Origin: Octopus vulgaris
Taxonomy: Eukaryota
Direction: 5' to 3'
Length of the DNA stretch: 64,000 bases
NCBI GenBank assembly: GCA_951406725.2
Contig: OX597839.1
Location: 39,122,001-39,186,000 of the forward strand
This document shows positions 1-12,191 of this stretch, in pieces; the stretch's first letter is position 1, and each line of letters begins with the position of its first letter. The notes under the pieces are model-generated. The model ran no database searches and was not told where the DNA came from. It worked only from the letters and a program-made list of their open reading frames with translations. The position numbers and the translations under genes were made by a program.

Positions 1-164
1 CAGTGAATAAGGTACTCAATACATAGCAGAGTAAAGTAATTTATTTTATAGAAGGAGCTTCTACAGGACTAGAACTGTTTCATTCCTATGAAATCTTCAG
101 GAAGCTAGCTGCTGATTTCATCGGAATGAAACAGTTCTAGTCCTGTAGAAGCTCCTTCTATAAA
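1..164 (-). mobile_element. Penelope-like element terminus with inverted duplication
   Basis: 51-bp inverted repeat (45-95 vs 114-164, 1 mismatch). The minus strand carries a hammerhead motif followed by AATAAA. Abuts a (TA)n tract. Confidence 0.6.
56..106 (-). ncRNA. Minimal type-I hammerhead ribozyme motif
   Basis: Minus strand: AGCTTC-CTGAAGA-tTTCatagGAAt-GAAA-CAGttctagtcCTG-TA-GAAGCT. 6-bp stem I, intact CUGANGA/GAAA core, GUA cleavage triplet, U-U at 10.1/11.1. Confidence 0.7.
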
Positions 165-213
165 GTATATATATATATATATATATCAGTATATCTGAAT
201 AAATGTATACATA

Positions 214-348
214 GCAGGAGTGGCTGTGTGGTAAGTAGCTTGTTTACCGACCACATGGTTCCGGGTTCAGTCCCACTGCGTGGCAACTTGGGCAAGTGTC
301 TTCTGCTATAGCCCCGGGCCGACCAATACCTTGTGAAAGCCTGTCGTG

Positions 349-381
<33 letters not shown>

Positions 382-618
382 GTGTGTGTGTATGTGTGTG
401 TATATGTTTGTGTGTCTGTGTTTATCCCCCTAGCATTGCTTCACAACCGATGCTGGTGTGTTTACGTCCCCGTTATCTAGCGGTTCGGCAAAAGAGACCG
501 ATAGAATAAGTACTGGGCTTACAAAGAATAAGTCCTGGGGACGATTTGCTCGACTAAAGGCGGTGCTCCAGCATGGCCGCAGTCAAATGACTGAAACAAG
601 TAAAAGAAAGTAAAGAAA

Positions 619-620
<2 letters not shown>
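214..620 (+). mobile_element. tRNA-derived SINE family A (internal deletion)
   Basis: GGAGTGGCTGTGTGGTAAG...GGTTCAGTCCC head, internal (TA)n(TG)n, 3' end ...GACTGAAACAAGTAAAAGA. Matches more than 10 copies in the window. Confidence 0.9.
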
Positions 621-659
<39 letters not shown>

Positions 660-773
660 TGTATGTACGTTTGATATGTAAGAGCAATTTTACAAATAAA
701 TGGTTTATAGTGACTTCGAAGTTTCTGCTAACTCGTCTCGTTTTCAGTTGACAATGCATGCAAACACATGCGC

Positions 774-818
<45 letters not shown>

Positions 819-819
819 C

Positions 820-852
<33 letters not shown>

Positions 853-1204
853 ACATATACATATACTATATCATATATATATATATATATATAAATGTAT
901 GTTTAGATTATATGTAAATGTATGCAGAGAGTGAATATAAATACATCGAAAGTATGTATATATATGCTGAGGAAGTATAGATGCGTGTGAGTGGCGGTGT
1001 GATGTTGAAAATATATTCAAATCTATGTTCTGATTATATATATAAACGTACGTTGAAAGTATATAAATATATATAAATATACATACATACATACATACAT
1101 ACATACATACATACATACATACATACATACATCTTCACGTACCTATGTAATTATATATGTATGCAAAAATAATTGATATACGTATATATAAATGTATGTT
1201 GAAA

Positions 1205-1246
<42 letters not shown>

Positions 1247-1430
1247 GTATATCTAGAAAGTGTATATATTTGTACGTTTAGATTAGTGGAAATATACTTT
1301 GCAGGGATTCTGTAGTATTCATAATCCTCTTGACACTTGTCTACAAGAAGCGATAAGAGAAAATATTTAAAAAAAAAGCTACACAGAGATAAAATATATA
1401 GAGAAATATGAAAATAAAAAATAACGAAAG

Positions 1431-1479
<49 letters not shown>

Positions 1480-1514
1480 CACAATCTGTACTAATTGCAG
1501 AAAAGAAACTCAGT

Positions 1515-2660
1515 GAGCTGGTAATATTGTTAGCACGCCGGGCAAGATGCTTAGCTTCATTTTGCCCGTCTTTACGCTCTGAAATCAATTTCTGCCGAGG
1601 ACGACTTTTATGCATTCAGGGTCGATGAAATAAATACTAGTTGAGCACTGGAGTCGAAGGAATCGACAAGCTCAAATTTTCAGGATTTTTGCCTGCACAG
1701 AAAGTGTGTCAATAGCCAGCTGGAGGAGGTGTCCTCCTGGGGCTACAAGCTACATTAGCATCAACCCTTAAGGGTTAGCCACATTTAAGTGTCAAATATA
1801 CTTCACGATGTCGTGCAGCTACTGTTTATATTTCGCTCAGAGATTTATTATTAATATTATTACTATTATTATTTTTAAAAAAGCAGAGAGCTGGCAGAAT
1901 GGTTAACATGCCGGACAACCTACTTAGCAGCATTTCGCTCTTTACGTTTTGAGTTCAAATTCTCCTGGAATTGACTATGTCTTACATCTTTTTGGGGTCA
2001 ATAAAATAAACACCAGTCAAGAACTGTAGTCGATGTTATCAACCTGTCCGCTCTAAAACCGCTTGCCCTGTGCCAAAACTTGAAGCCAATTTTATTATTA
2101 TTATTATTATTATTATTTAAGGCGGCGAGCTGGTAGAATCGTTAGCATGCCGGGAAAAATGCTTAGTAGTATTTCGTCTGTGTCTACGTTCTGAGTTCAA
2201 ATTCCGTCGCAGTCAACTTTGCCTTTCATCCTTTCGGTATTGATAAATTAAGTACCAGCGAAACACTTGGGTCGATGCAATCCACTTACCCCTCCTCCCC
2301 TCAAATTTCAGGCCTTGTGCCTATAGTAGAAAGGATTACTATTATTATTATTATTATTATTATTATTAAAAAAGGCGGAGAGCTGGAAGGATCGGTGTCA
2401 ATAAAATAAGTACCAGCTGCGCACTAGGGTTACTCTAATCGACTTGCCCCCCCCTCCCGAAATTACTGGTATCAAAATTGGAAACCATTATTATTGTTCG
2501 AGCTGGCAGAATCGGTAGCGCGCCGAAACAAAATGCTTAACGTCAATTTTTTCGTGTTCTTTACATTCTGCGTTCAAATGCAGCTGGGGTCAATTACATA
2601 AGTAAAAGTTGAACACTGGGGGCGATGCGTCTGACTTTCCTCTCACCCCTCAAAATTCCA
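1515..2660 (+). mobile_element. Cluster of about 5 degenerate SINE family B copies separated by (ATT)n
   Basis: Repeated GAGCTGGCAGAA...GAGTTCAAAT...GGGTCGAT modules starting near 1515, 1885, 2120, 2375 and 2500. Confidence 0.8.
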
Positions 2661-2676
2661 TGCCGTACCAACGATT

Positions 2677-2910
2677 CTTATTTCTTTATTGTCTTCAAGG
2701 GGCTAAACACAGAGAGGATAAACAAGGACAGACAAACGGATTAAGTCGATTACATTGACCCCAGTGCGTAACTGGTACTTATTTAATCGACCTCGAAAGG
2801 ATGAAAGGCAAAGTTGACCTCGGCGGAATTTGAACTCAGAACGTAACGGCAGACGAAATACCGCTACGCATTTCGCCCGGCGTACCAACGATTCCGTCAG
2901 CTCGCCACCT
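2677..2910 (-). mobile_element. SINE family B (Meta-domain-like core)
   Basis: Reverse complement of GGCGAGCTG...GAGTTCAAATTCCGCCGAGG...GCCTTTCATCCTTTCG...AAAGAAATA. Confidence 0.9.
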
Positions 2911-3686
2911 CAATGGTAGAGTAAAATATTAGGTTTTATAAAAGCTGGAAAAAGTGTTATCCAGAGTTTCACGAGTGTTTGCACGCATGTATTTGTATGT
3001 GAGCGTGTGCGTGGGCATGTCTATAGGTAAGTATAATTCTCAATCAACACGGCATAATCTTTAGGGAACGGAATAATTTAAGCTATAAATACTTTCGCAC
3101 AACAAACTATCGATTTCATGGATGATTTACTGTAGTTAAAACAAATGGGCGAACTTTAAGTATTCGATAAAGAGATCTACTTCATTTTATTATCATCATC
3201 ATCATCATCAACATCATCAACGTCATCAATGTTTACTATTTAAGCAGCGAAATTTTAACAAATGAAAAATAATTTAACATTATTATTCCTATTAATATCT
3301 CATAATTTTTATGGTATTTCTGCAAAATACTTATCTAATGTCTAATAAGTTTTAAACGTATATTTAGCTGTATACTTGTATTCCCATTACGAGTGAATTG
3401 GACATTAAACCCAATTTATTTTTCGTATGTATTTTTCCACCATCTGAATATTTATCATTATTGTAATTTTTGTAATCAGATTTTATCTGACAGCCAATAA
3501 TAACTCATTTAAATATGTTAGTATACGGTTATATACAGTATTTCATGTAGTATATGTGTCTTCTTCAAAGCAGCTCCATATTATAATGAAGCGATGAAAT
3601 AGAGTGGTTCCATGGGGAAAGATTTAGCTCTATATTGGAGTATTCATCAGTGTGTGACTATAACATATATACATGTGTGTATACAG

Positions 3687-3717
<31 letters not shown>

Positions 3718-3818
3718 TAGATTGATAGAAAAGATAATTAGATACTTGTCCCCAAGAGCTGCAGAGTACGGACTGATCTCAAAACCACAAGGTTTCAAAG
3801 CAAATTTTTTTTTAATAC

Positions 3819-3878
<60 letters not shown>

Positions 3879-4123
3879 ATTCGGTCCTCACAGCTATTCA
3901 CTGTAATATATATCACATTGGCATGTTGCTGAAACTTTATGATTTTGTAATAGCAAACTCTTTACGATGTTGTCTCTTTTCCTTTTTCTTTCTTTCATTT
4001 TCTTTTATTCTTTCTTTCTTTCTTTCTTTCTCTTTCCAGCACATAAATTTAATACGTTGCATAGAAACGAAGATTCGTTCATGTCTTGAAAGTATACATT
4101 TAAATCCTCTCATACACACCTCG

Positions 4124-4340
4124 TACATACATACATACATACATACATACATACATACATACATACATACATACATACATACACACATACATACATACAT
4201 ACATACATACATACATACATACATACATACATACATACATGCATGCATACATACATACATACATACATACATACATACATACATACATACATACATACAT
4301 ACATACATACATACATACATACATACATGCATACATACAG
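4124..4340. repeat. (TACA)n microsatellite
   Basis: Visible directly. Confidence 0.95.
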
Positions 4341-4914
4341 ATATGCACACACTGAGGAACACAATAATACAAGCTGACAAACTGCATTTATTAATTCGTT
4401 AATAATAACAATAATAATGATAATAATAATAATAAAAAAAACAACAACATAAACAACCTTTCCGATTTTCGCGAATGATTTTTATATATTTTTCGATGAA
4501 ATATAATTATTAATGTGCTTCTTGTATAAATAAACATCAAATAGCGGAGAGCCAGTTCTAACATAGAATTATAAATGTTTAGAGAAATTATAAATATGAA
4601 AAGAAAAAAAACAGAAAAGAAAAAAAAAAAAAAAAAAAAAAAGAAACAGGCAAAACCTAAAATAGTCACAAATCTAACACAGCTGGCCATTACGGTCTCC
4701 TTTCTCACACTCTTCACTTTCTTTCTCTTTCATTGCTCTCCCTCTATCATTTTTCTCTCTTTCTAACTCTTCTGTCTCTATTACTATTATAACCCAAACG
4801 GTGCTTCTCTGTCTTCCTCTCTTTCTTTATTCCTTTATCTCTTATTCTCATTAATTTTTCTGTCCCCCTCTTCTCTCCCATGCCAATCTTAGTCTTTTAT
4901 TATCCCTCTCCATG

Positions 4915-4915
4915 C

Positions 4916-4952
<37 letters not shown>

Positions 4953-5120
4953 GGTTGTACATACGTATATTTACATAAAGGCATGGTAACAGCATTATTA
5001 CATATATACATATACGTATATATATGTGTGTGTATACGTTCATACATACTTAATATACATTCATGCCTACAAACAAATATATACAAATGTGTATTTGCAT
5101 GTGTTGATGGACGTGTTGTA

Positions 5121-5151
<31 letters not shown>

Positions 5152-5280
5152 GTATATACACACAAACATATATATATAGATTTATATATGTATGTATATA
5201 TATACATATATATATATATACATGCATATATGTGTGTGTGTATATATATATACATACATGTATGCATATACATACATATA

Positions 5281-5312
<32 letters not shown>

Positions 5313-5350
5313 CACAAACACACACACACATATATATATATATACATATA

Positions 5351-5392
<42 letters not shown>

Positions 5393-5408
5393 CATATACA
5401 TACATATA

Positions 5409-5446
<38 letters not shown>

Positions 5447-5561
5447 CACACAGATATACATATATGTATGTGTATATATATATACATACATGTGTGTATA
5501 TACATACATATATGTGTACGCATATATATATATATATATAGATATACACACCCTCACAGAT

Positions 5562-5593
<32 letters not shown>

Positions 5594-5595
5594 CG
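4915..5595. repeat. Compound (TA)n/(CA)n/(TG)n mosaic with higher-order duplicated units
   Basis: The block CATGTATGCATATACATACATATATGTGTGCATA recurs at about 5256 and 5384. Confidence 0.9.
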
Positions 5596-7106
5596 CTAGA
5601 GCTATGATTCAAATGGACATGTGCATATAAACACACAAACATAAATAGAACAACAACTGCACCTCACATATAATATCACACATAATGCTTCCGCACATAT
5701 ACACCTGCTATTAAAACAACACACACATCTATGTATACATGTGTGTGTGTGTGTGTCCGTGTCCAGGCAATATATTTTATGTAGTTTATCAAATATAACG
5801 TATTACTTGATGTGTGTATAGGAAAAGGCAGATATTGAACCAGCTGTGCTCCTGTTTTTATTACGATGGTGGTAATAAAATGAGATTGGCGGTACCTAAG
5901 CGGCCTCTTAAACATGTGATGTGTTGGTGGTAGTATGGCTATTGTAGTTAGTAATGGTGGTGATGGCGGTTGTGGTAGTAGTTGTTATAGTGAGGGAAGT
6001 AAGAGAGGTGGTGGTCGTTGTAGTGGTGGTAGTAATATTAATAGTAGAAGTTGAAGTTGTAGTATTAGTAGTAGTAGTAGTTGTTGTAAGTAATGAATTG
6101 TAAGGATGAATTGTTGTTGCGGTGGTGGTGCTGGTAGTGGTAGTAGGAATGGAGGTGGTGATAGTAGTTGTCATGGTAGTGGTGATGTGGTGATGGTGAT
6201 AGTGGTTGTTGCGGCGGTCGTGATTGTGAAGGCGAAAGCGGTAAGAAAATTCACTGTAGACATTAGATTAGCAAAAATGAAAATGAAAGTTGGAGAGTGG
6301 GAGGAGGAGAGAGGAAGCTGTAGTAGTGAAGAGGGGGGAGAGAAAAACAATTACTAAGAGGAAAAAAAATATACATAAAGACATCTGCAAAAAAAAAAAA
6401 AAATTACGAGACAAATATGATGACAGTAATGATGACAGCAACAACAACAACAATAACAACATTTAGTCAATAAGCTATTTGTCAGTTTGTCAGAAATGGA
6501 ACAACAACATAGTTTTTTTAACACACACACACACACACACACAAACATGTAACACACACACACACACACACATATATGTACTTATATATATTTACATATA
6601 TGTACTTATATATATTTACATATACATACATATATTACAAATATACCAAACATATTTGTGTGTGTGTTGGGGGTATGTATGCAATTGTATAAATATGTGT
6701 ATCTCTCTCTATATATCTATCTATCTATCTATATGCGCAAACATATGTTAGATCAACTATTCACACCGGATTCTATTCTGATTTACGCTTTGAGTATATT
6801 CCTTCATCTATTTCATCTGTCAATAATACCAATAAAAACTACTCTAGTTGCGCACTTTAGTTTTTATATATTGGCAATAACCCCATATATTTTGAAGAAC
6901 AACGTCTTTATTAGTATCTCTCTGCCATTTAACCTGGGTGTGTAAGATTTAATGAACATGTGTATCCTGCATTATATCTACGTTGTGCTATATCCGATGA
7001 GTCTTTGGAGCTTAAAAGGAAAATAGCTCCTTTCTGCGCATGGAACCGACTTTGTGCACTCCAAACGTGTTCATACACATAATGGTATAAAGTCCACTGT
7101 TTTGAA

Positions 7107-7705
7107 GGCGGCGAGCTGGCAGAAACGTTAGCACGCCGGGCGAAATGCTTAACGGTATTTCGCTTGTCGTTACGTTGTGAGTTCAAATTCCGACGAGGTT
7201 GACTTTGCCTTTCATCCTTTCGGGGTCGATAAATTAAGTACCAGTTAAGCACTGGGGTCGATGTAATCGACTTAATACCTATGTTTGTCCTTGTTTGTCC
7301 CCTCTGTGTTTAGCCCCTTGTGGGTAATAAAGAAATAGGTATTTCGCTTGTCGTTACGTTGTGAGTTCAAATTCCGACGAGGTTGACTTTGCCTTTCATC
7401 CTTTCGGGGTCGATAAATTAAGTACCAGTTAAGCACTGGGGTCGATATAATCGACTTAATACCTATGTCTGTCCATGTGTGTCCTCTCTATGTTTAGCCC
7501 CTTGTGGGTAATAAAGAAATAGGTATTTCGCTTGTCGTTACGTTGTGAGTTGAAATTCCGCCGAGGTTGACTTTGCCTTTCATCCTTTCGGGGTCGATAA
7601 ATTAAGTACCAGTTACGCACTGGGGTCGATGTAATCGACTTAATACCTATGTCTGTCCTTGTTTGTCCCCTCTATGTTTAGCCCCTTGTGGGTAATAAAG
7701 AAATA
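7107..7705 (+). mobile_element. SINE family B head plus three tandem 184-bp units, flanked by a 19-bp TSD
   Basis: Units start at 7154, 7338 and 7522. TSD GGTATAAAGTCCA(C/T)TGTTT at 7084-7102 and 7706-7724. Confidence 0.92.
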
Positions 7706-8051
7706 GGTATAAAGTCCATTGTTTCCTTCTGATTCGCCTATTTATCGCCTATCAAGAGCAGATGAATGTACGTGTACACACACATGCATGTAATCTATGC
7801 AGTAGATATATAGACGAGGCAAATTTAACTATTCCTCTGTAGATTGAAATAATGATAAACAACCTCGATCGGTTCTCGAACCTTACTGGGGCGTCTCATC
7901 AGAAGTGACTACATAATTTGTCCAATCCTAGAGAAACAAGCTATCACTCTATTTATGTACTCAACAAATCCAGAAGGTCCAGAAAACTGGATATACTAAT
8001 TTGCATATCATAAGTGTTTAACAATAACGGTATATAGGAGTGTGTGTGTAC

Positions 8052-8091
<40 letters not shown>

Positions 8092-8109
8092 TCTTTCATT
8101 CATCTGTTC

Positions 8110-8345
8110 TTTTTATTCTTTTACTTGTTTCAGTCATTTGACTGCGGCCATGCTGGAGTACAGCCTTAAAGGGTTTTAGTCGAATAAATCGACCCCAGGA
8201 CTTATTCTTTGTAAGCCTAGTACTTATTCTATCGGCCTCTTTTGCCTAACTGCTAAGTTACAGTGACGTAAACACACTAACATCATTTGTCAAGCGATGG
8301 AGGGGCATCAAACAAACCCACATGAATACTCACACACACACACAC
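8110..8345 (-). mobile_element. SINE family A, 3' half
   Basis: TTTTACTTGTTTCAGTCATTTGACTGCGGCCATGCTGG matches the family A reverse complement. Confidence 0.85.
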
Positions 8346-8405
<60 letters not shown>

Positions 8406-8475
8406 CACAAATATAATTAAGGATAGAATTTAAAAGAAATTTATGACGGCCCGTAATTATAATTGCATTTTATAC

Positions 8476-8522
<47 letters not shown>

Positions 8523-8749
8523 CATACATACATACACACACACACACGCGCGCACACACAAGTTCTCTTGTTCCTTTTCTTGTTTCAGTCATAGAACTAC
8601 GGCCATGTTGTGAGACCGCCTTAAAAGAGTTTAGTCGAAGAAAATGACACTTATTTCTTTAGCCGAGCCGCTAGATTGCAGGAATGTATACAAATACCGA
8701 TTCGTCAAGTGGAGTGTTTAGAAACACAAAGACACGCACACATATACAC

Positions 8750-8791
<42 letters not shown>

Positions 8792-9439
8792 ATGACGGTC
8801 TTTTACACTGTTTCCGTATAACGAATTCACATACAAGGCAATTGGTCGAACCGGAGGCTTTAGTAAATTACATTAGTAATAGCAACAGTTTTTACATTTT
8901 GCCAACAAAGTGATATTTACGTTAGATTCCATTTTGATTTCCAGTCTTAAAAATATACAAGAAGCTATCAATCAATTTGTCTATTCACACACACACACAC
9001 ACACACACACGTAAGAAGTTGTATTATTGGTTGACTTATTTTTCTCATGTAATGTAAGACCGCTTGTGAAAACTATTCCGTTTCTTTTCATTTATTATTT
9101 CCTCTTTGTCCTTTATATCTAAAGACAATTTGTTTCTACATATTTACATCATCAGAATAGATTAATAAAACAATAAATAGTCAATAAATCAATTATATTT
9201 TATTGAGCCAATTGTTTTCTTCATAAATACGGAAATAGACAGAAATGCAGAATGACAAAGACGGTGAGATTAGAATCATACAGTTCTTTGTATTTGTTTT
9301 CTCGATATAGACGGAGGTATGGCTATGTGATAAACAAGCTCGCTTCACAACCTTATAGATTTGGGTTCAGTTCCACTACGCGGCTGAATAAAATGTTGTA
9401 ATGCGCGACAGAAGCAGTATTAGATTAAATTAGCATACT

Positions 9440-9680
9440 GGGCATCATACTTAAAGGAAATACAGTAAGGAAAGCCAGATTTGCTGCGGTATTCGTCCGG
9501 GGCATCATACTTAAAGGAAATACAGCAAGGAAAGCCAGATTTGCTGCGGTATTCGTCCGGGGCATCAAACTTAAAGGAAATGCAGTAAGGAAAGCCAGAT
9601 TTGCTGCGGTATTCGTCCGGGGCATCATACTTAAAGGAAATAAAGTAAGGAAAGCCAGGTTTGCTGCGGTATTCGCCCGG
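9440..9680. repeat. 60-bp minisatellite, 4 copies
   Basis: GGGCATCATACTTAAAGGAAATACAGTAAGGAAAGCCAGATTTGCTGCGGTATTCGTCCG x4 with few substitutions. Confidence 0.95.
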
Positions 9681-10462
9681 AAACAATACCTCTCATGGAC
9701 GTACTGTGTTAACACAAAATCGTCCAGTAGTGGTGGCAGGAAGGCAGAAGCACGTTTCCGCCTTTTGGGGTTTCGTTAGCATGTCAAGTACCCACCAACA
9801 ACCACGGCCAGCTCATTGCATCAGACATATATGTAATCATCAGATTTACATATGTATCTTCTTCGTTCTTTCTTTCCTCCTCTCTCACATTTCTCTGCCT
9901 TCTCTTCTTGCTCACTTTCCCCCCCTCTTGTCACTTCACTGTGTCCCTGTCATTTTTTCTCGCTCCTCCTTAATTCTTTTGTCCCTCTGCCTCTACCTCA
10001 CTCTCTTCCCTCTCCACGTGACCGGTGTTCGGCCAAGCCTCATTTTCTTTCTTGGTTCGGCCGTCGTCCGTGCAACATCGATATTCCTCTCTGCCTGTGA
10101 GATCTTGTATCCCTGCCGTAAGTTTTTATTTCCACACACGCCAGCTTAATTCAATTCGTCCTTAGTCGAAAGACACCTGTTGTTATGTTCTGTTATTATT
10201 ATTTTATATTTTATTTGTGTAACATTCTCCGTTTTTCCGTCCTTGTTTTCGTATACATTCGCTACTTTCTTCCAAGAAATCTAATGCTCTTAGCTTAGTT
10301 TTTCCTTGGGGCTGGCCAGATTGGAGCAATCTCGAGTATAACCAGCTGAAATTGCAAACATAATCTGGAACTTGACTGAAGAAAGAAAACTCCGAATGAC
10401 CCGTCCTTGTTTTCTTTGTATCGTCTATCTGGATGTTTTGCATTCTTGTCCCATTTTGTATT
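9681..10462 (+). mobile_element. Probable non-autonomous Penelope-like element remnant
   Basis: The 3' part (10330-10460) is homologous to 34230-34402 (-). It contains CTGAAGA...CGAA and ends in (TA)n. The family assignment is inference. Confidence 0.4.
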
Positions 10463-10867
10463 ATATATATATATATATATATATTATAATCTTCAAATGC
10501 TGAAACACGTGTAGTTCCTTCATAATTGATAACTTTTAACTGAAGTAGGAGATAACTAATGAAGTATATTTTATACCCTGCTTGTATACTGGTTATATCC
10601 TTTAAAGTAATATTTCGTGATGTGCAAATGGATACCTTCAGATATGCTCATTAGCTTATTTTATACACGCATGCATATGTGTGCAATAAGTAGCTTTTGC
10701 AGTTACAATGTTTTCAAATATTGGGACAAAACATTTCGTAGACAATTTACTGCATGGGTCTTTAACTGTTGAATATCCTGAGAAATTACTTATGACTCAC
10801 CTAAGCACATATCATACATAAATATACACACACACACACAAACACACAAACACATTTAGTATTAACT

Positions 10868-11054
10868 GTTGGAAAAATAAGTACTCAAAACGATGGTAGA
10901 GATAAATGATATTTTATTTTCGTTGAGACAGCTTCATGCTACACTGAGCTTCAGATGTAGGCACATAAGATCTTCAGGCAAGTTGTCACAACTTACTTAA
11001 AGATCCAATGTGCCTACAGGTGAAACTCAGTGTAGCAAGAGGCTGACTCGACCA

Positions 11055-11055
<1 letters not shown>
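10868..11055. mobile_element. Penelope-like terminus with an inverted pair of degenerate hammerhead motifs
   Basis: Inverted repeat centred near 10987. The minus copy keeps CTGAAGA; the plus copy keeps GAAA-CTCAGTG-TA-GCAAG. The left flank resembles the 1-50 flank. Confidence 0.55.
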
Positions 11056-11103
<48 letters not shown>

Positions 11104-11125
11104 ATGTTACATTACTCGGTAGTCA

Positions 11126-11188
11126 AGATAAAACTCTGAGTTTCAGATGCCGAAGTGGAAATCCACAACACCATCTCTTCGGTTATCT
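11126..11188 (-). ncRNA. Minimal hammerhead-like motif (CCGAAGA core variant)
   Basis: Minus strand: AGATAA-CCGAAGA-GATG...CATC-t-GAAA-CTCaGAG-TT-TTATCT. 6-bp stem I, near-palindromic stem III. Confidence 0.55.
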
Positions 11189-11490
11189 GGCTATTTGAAA
11201 ACGTTATGAAAAAATACCGTTAAAAATGAAGGGAAATTACTCTGTTATAACTCTGCTTTGCCTGCGTACTTATACATCGCTCGCATTTTTCGTCATAAAA
11301 ATTATATAAAAATACATAAAAATATATAAAAATATATAAAATCTTCTTGGGACATAACACAGAAAGCATGTTCTATCCGTTTTCTTTAGGGGACCAAAAA
11401 CGTAACAGAAATTTAGTCACATGTGGGCATGATCCGAAAAGTTCTGTCCTTGTATTTAGACATGTGGTAGGGTCTAACTATATATATATA

Positions 11491-11697
11491 TAGTTAATCC
11501 AAACAAGAAAAACACCGAAAAAAACACAGCAACGCGAGGACGTGGAACAAATAAAGTATCATTGGACGCTCAGGAAAGAAGGGAAGAAGGAGGGTTTAAC
11601 GTTTCGAGCGGAGCTCTTCGTCGGAAACATAGGAGAAGGAAAGATCCAGAGAAGGGAAGACAGAGGAAAAAAAATTGCTGGCGGTGCTCACGAGGTC

Positions 11698-11698
<1 letters not shown>
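11491..11698 (-). mobile_element. Penelope-like terminal repeat fragment with hammerhead-like motif at 11594-11628
   Basis: GTTT-CCGACGAA-GAGCtccGCTC-GAAA-CG-TT-AAAC. Second copy at 53650-53850. Flanked by (TA)n on both sides. Confidence 0.6.
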
Positions 11699-11754
<56 letters not shown>

Positions 11755-12108
11755 GAGACAGAGAGAGAGAGAGAAAGAGACAGACAGACAGACAGAGGGG
11801 AGATAGGGATATAAATAGATAGATATTTATATTCATTTACTGGTTTTAGTGGCTGGAGTACGGCCATACTATAGCACCATCTTCTATATACAATATACAA
11901 TTAATTACAGCTAGAGCACCTACTTCATCATCGACCTCGCTAGTATGAAGGGCAAAATATTCACCTATGATGTATAGGTATACACACATAAATATGTGAA
12001 GATATATGGAGAGTGGGGAGAAATAGCGTGGGGAGGTCAGGGAGAAGAGATGTACAGAACTTTTGCGAGAGAGTGAGAGTTAGAAAAGATCAATAGAGAG
12101 ATGGAAAG

Positions 12109-12191
<83 letters not shown>

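Noticed and set aside
7863-7905. Further hammerhead-like traces: here (-), 10375-10406 (+), 17823-17858 (+), 20408-20442 (+), 53463-53498 (-)
   Set aside because: Each has a broken core, stem or cleavage triplet. They are probably decayed relics and cannot be supported as ribozymes.
9440-9680. CRISPR-like array
   Set aside because: The units are contiguous with no unique spacers, the context is eukaryotic, and there are no cas genes.
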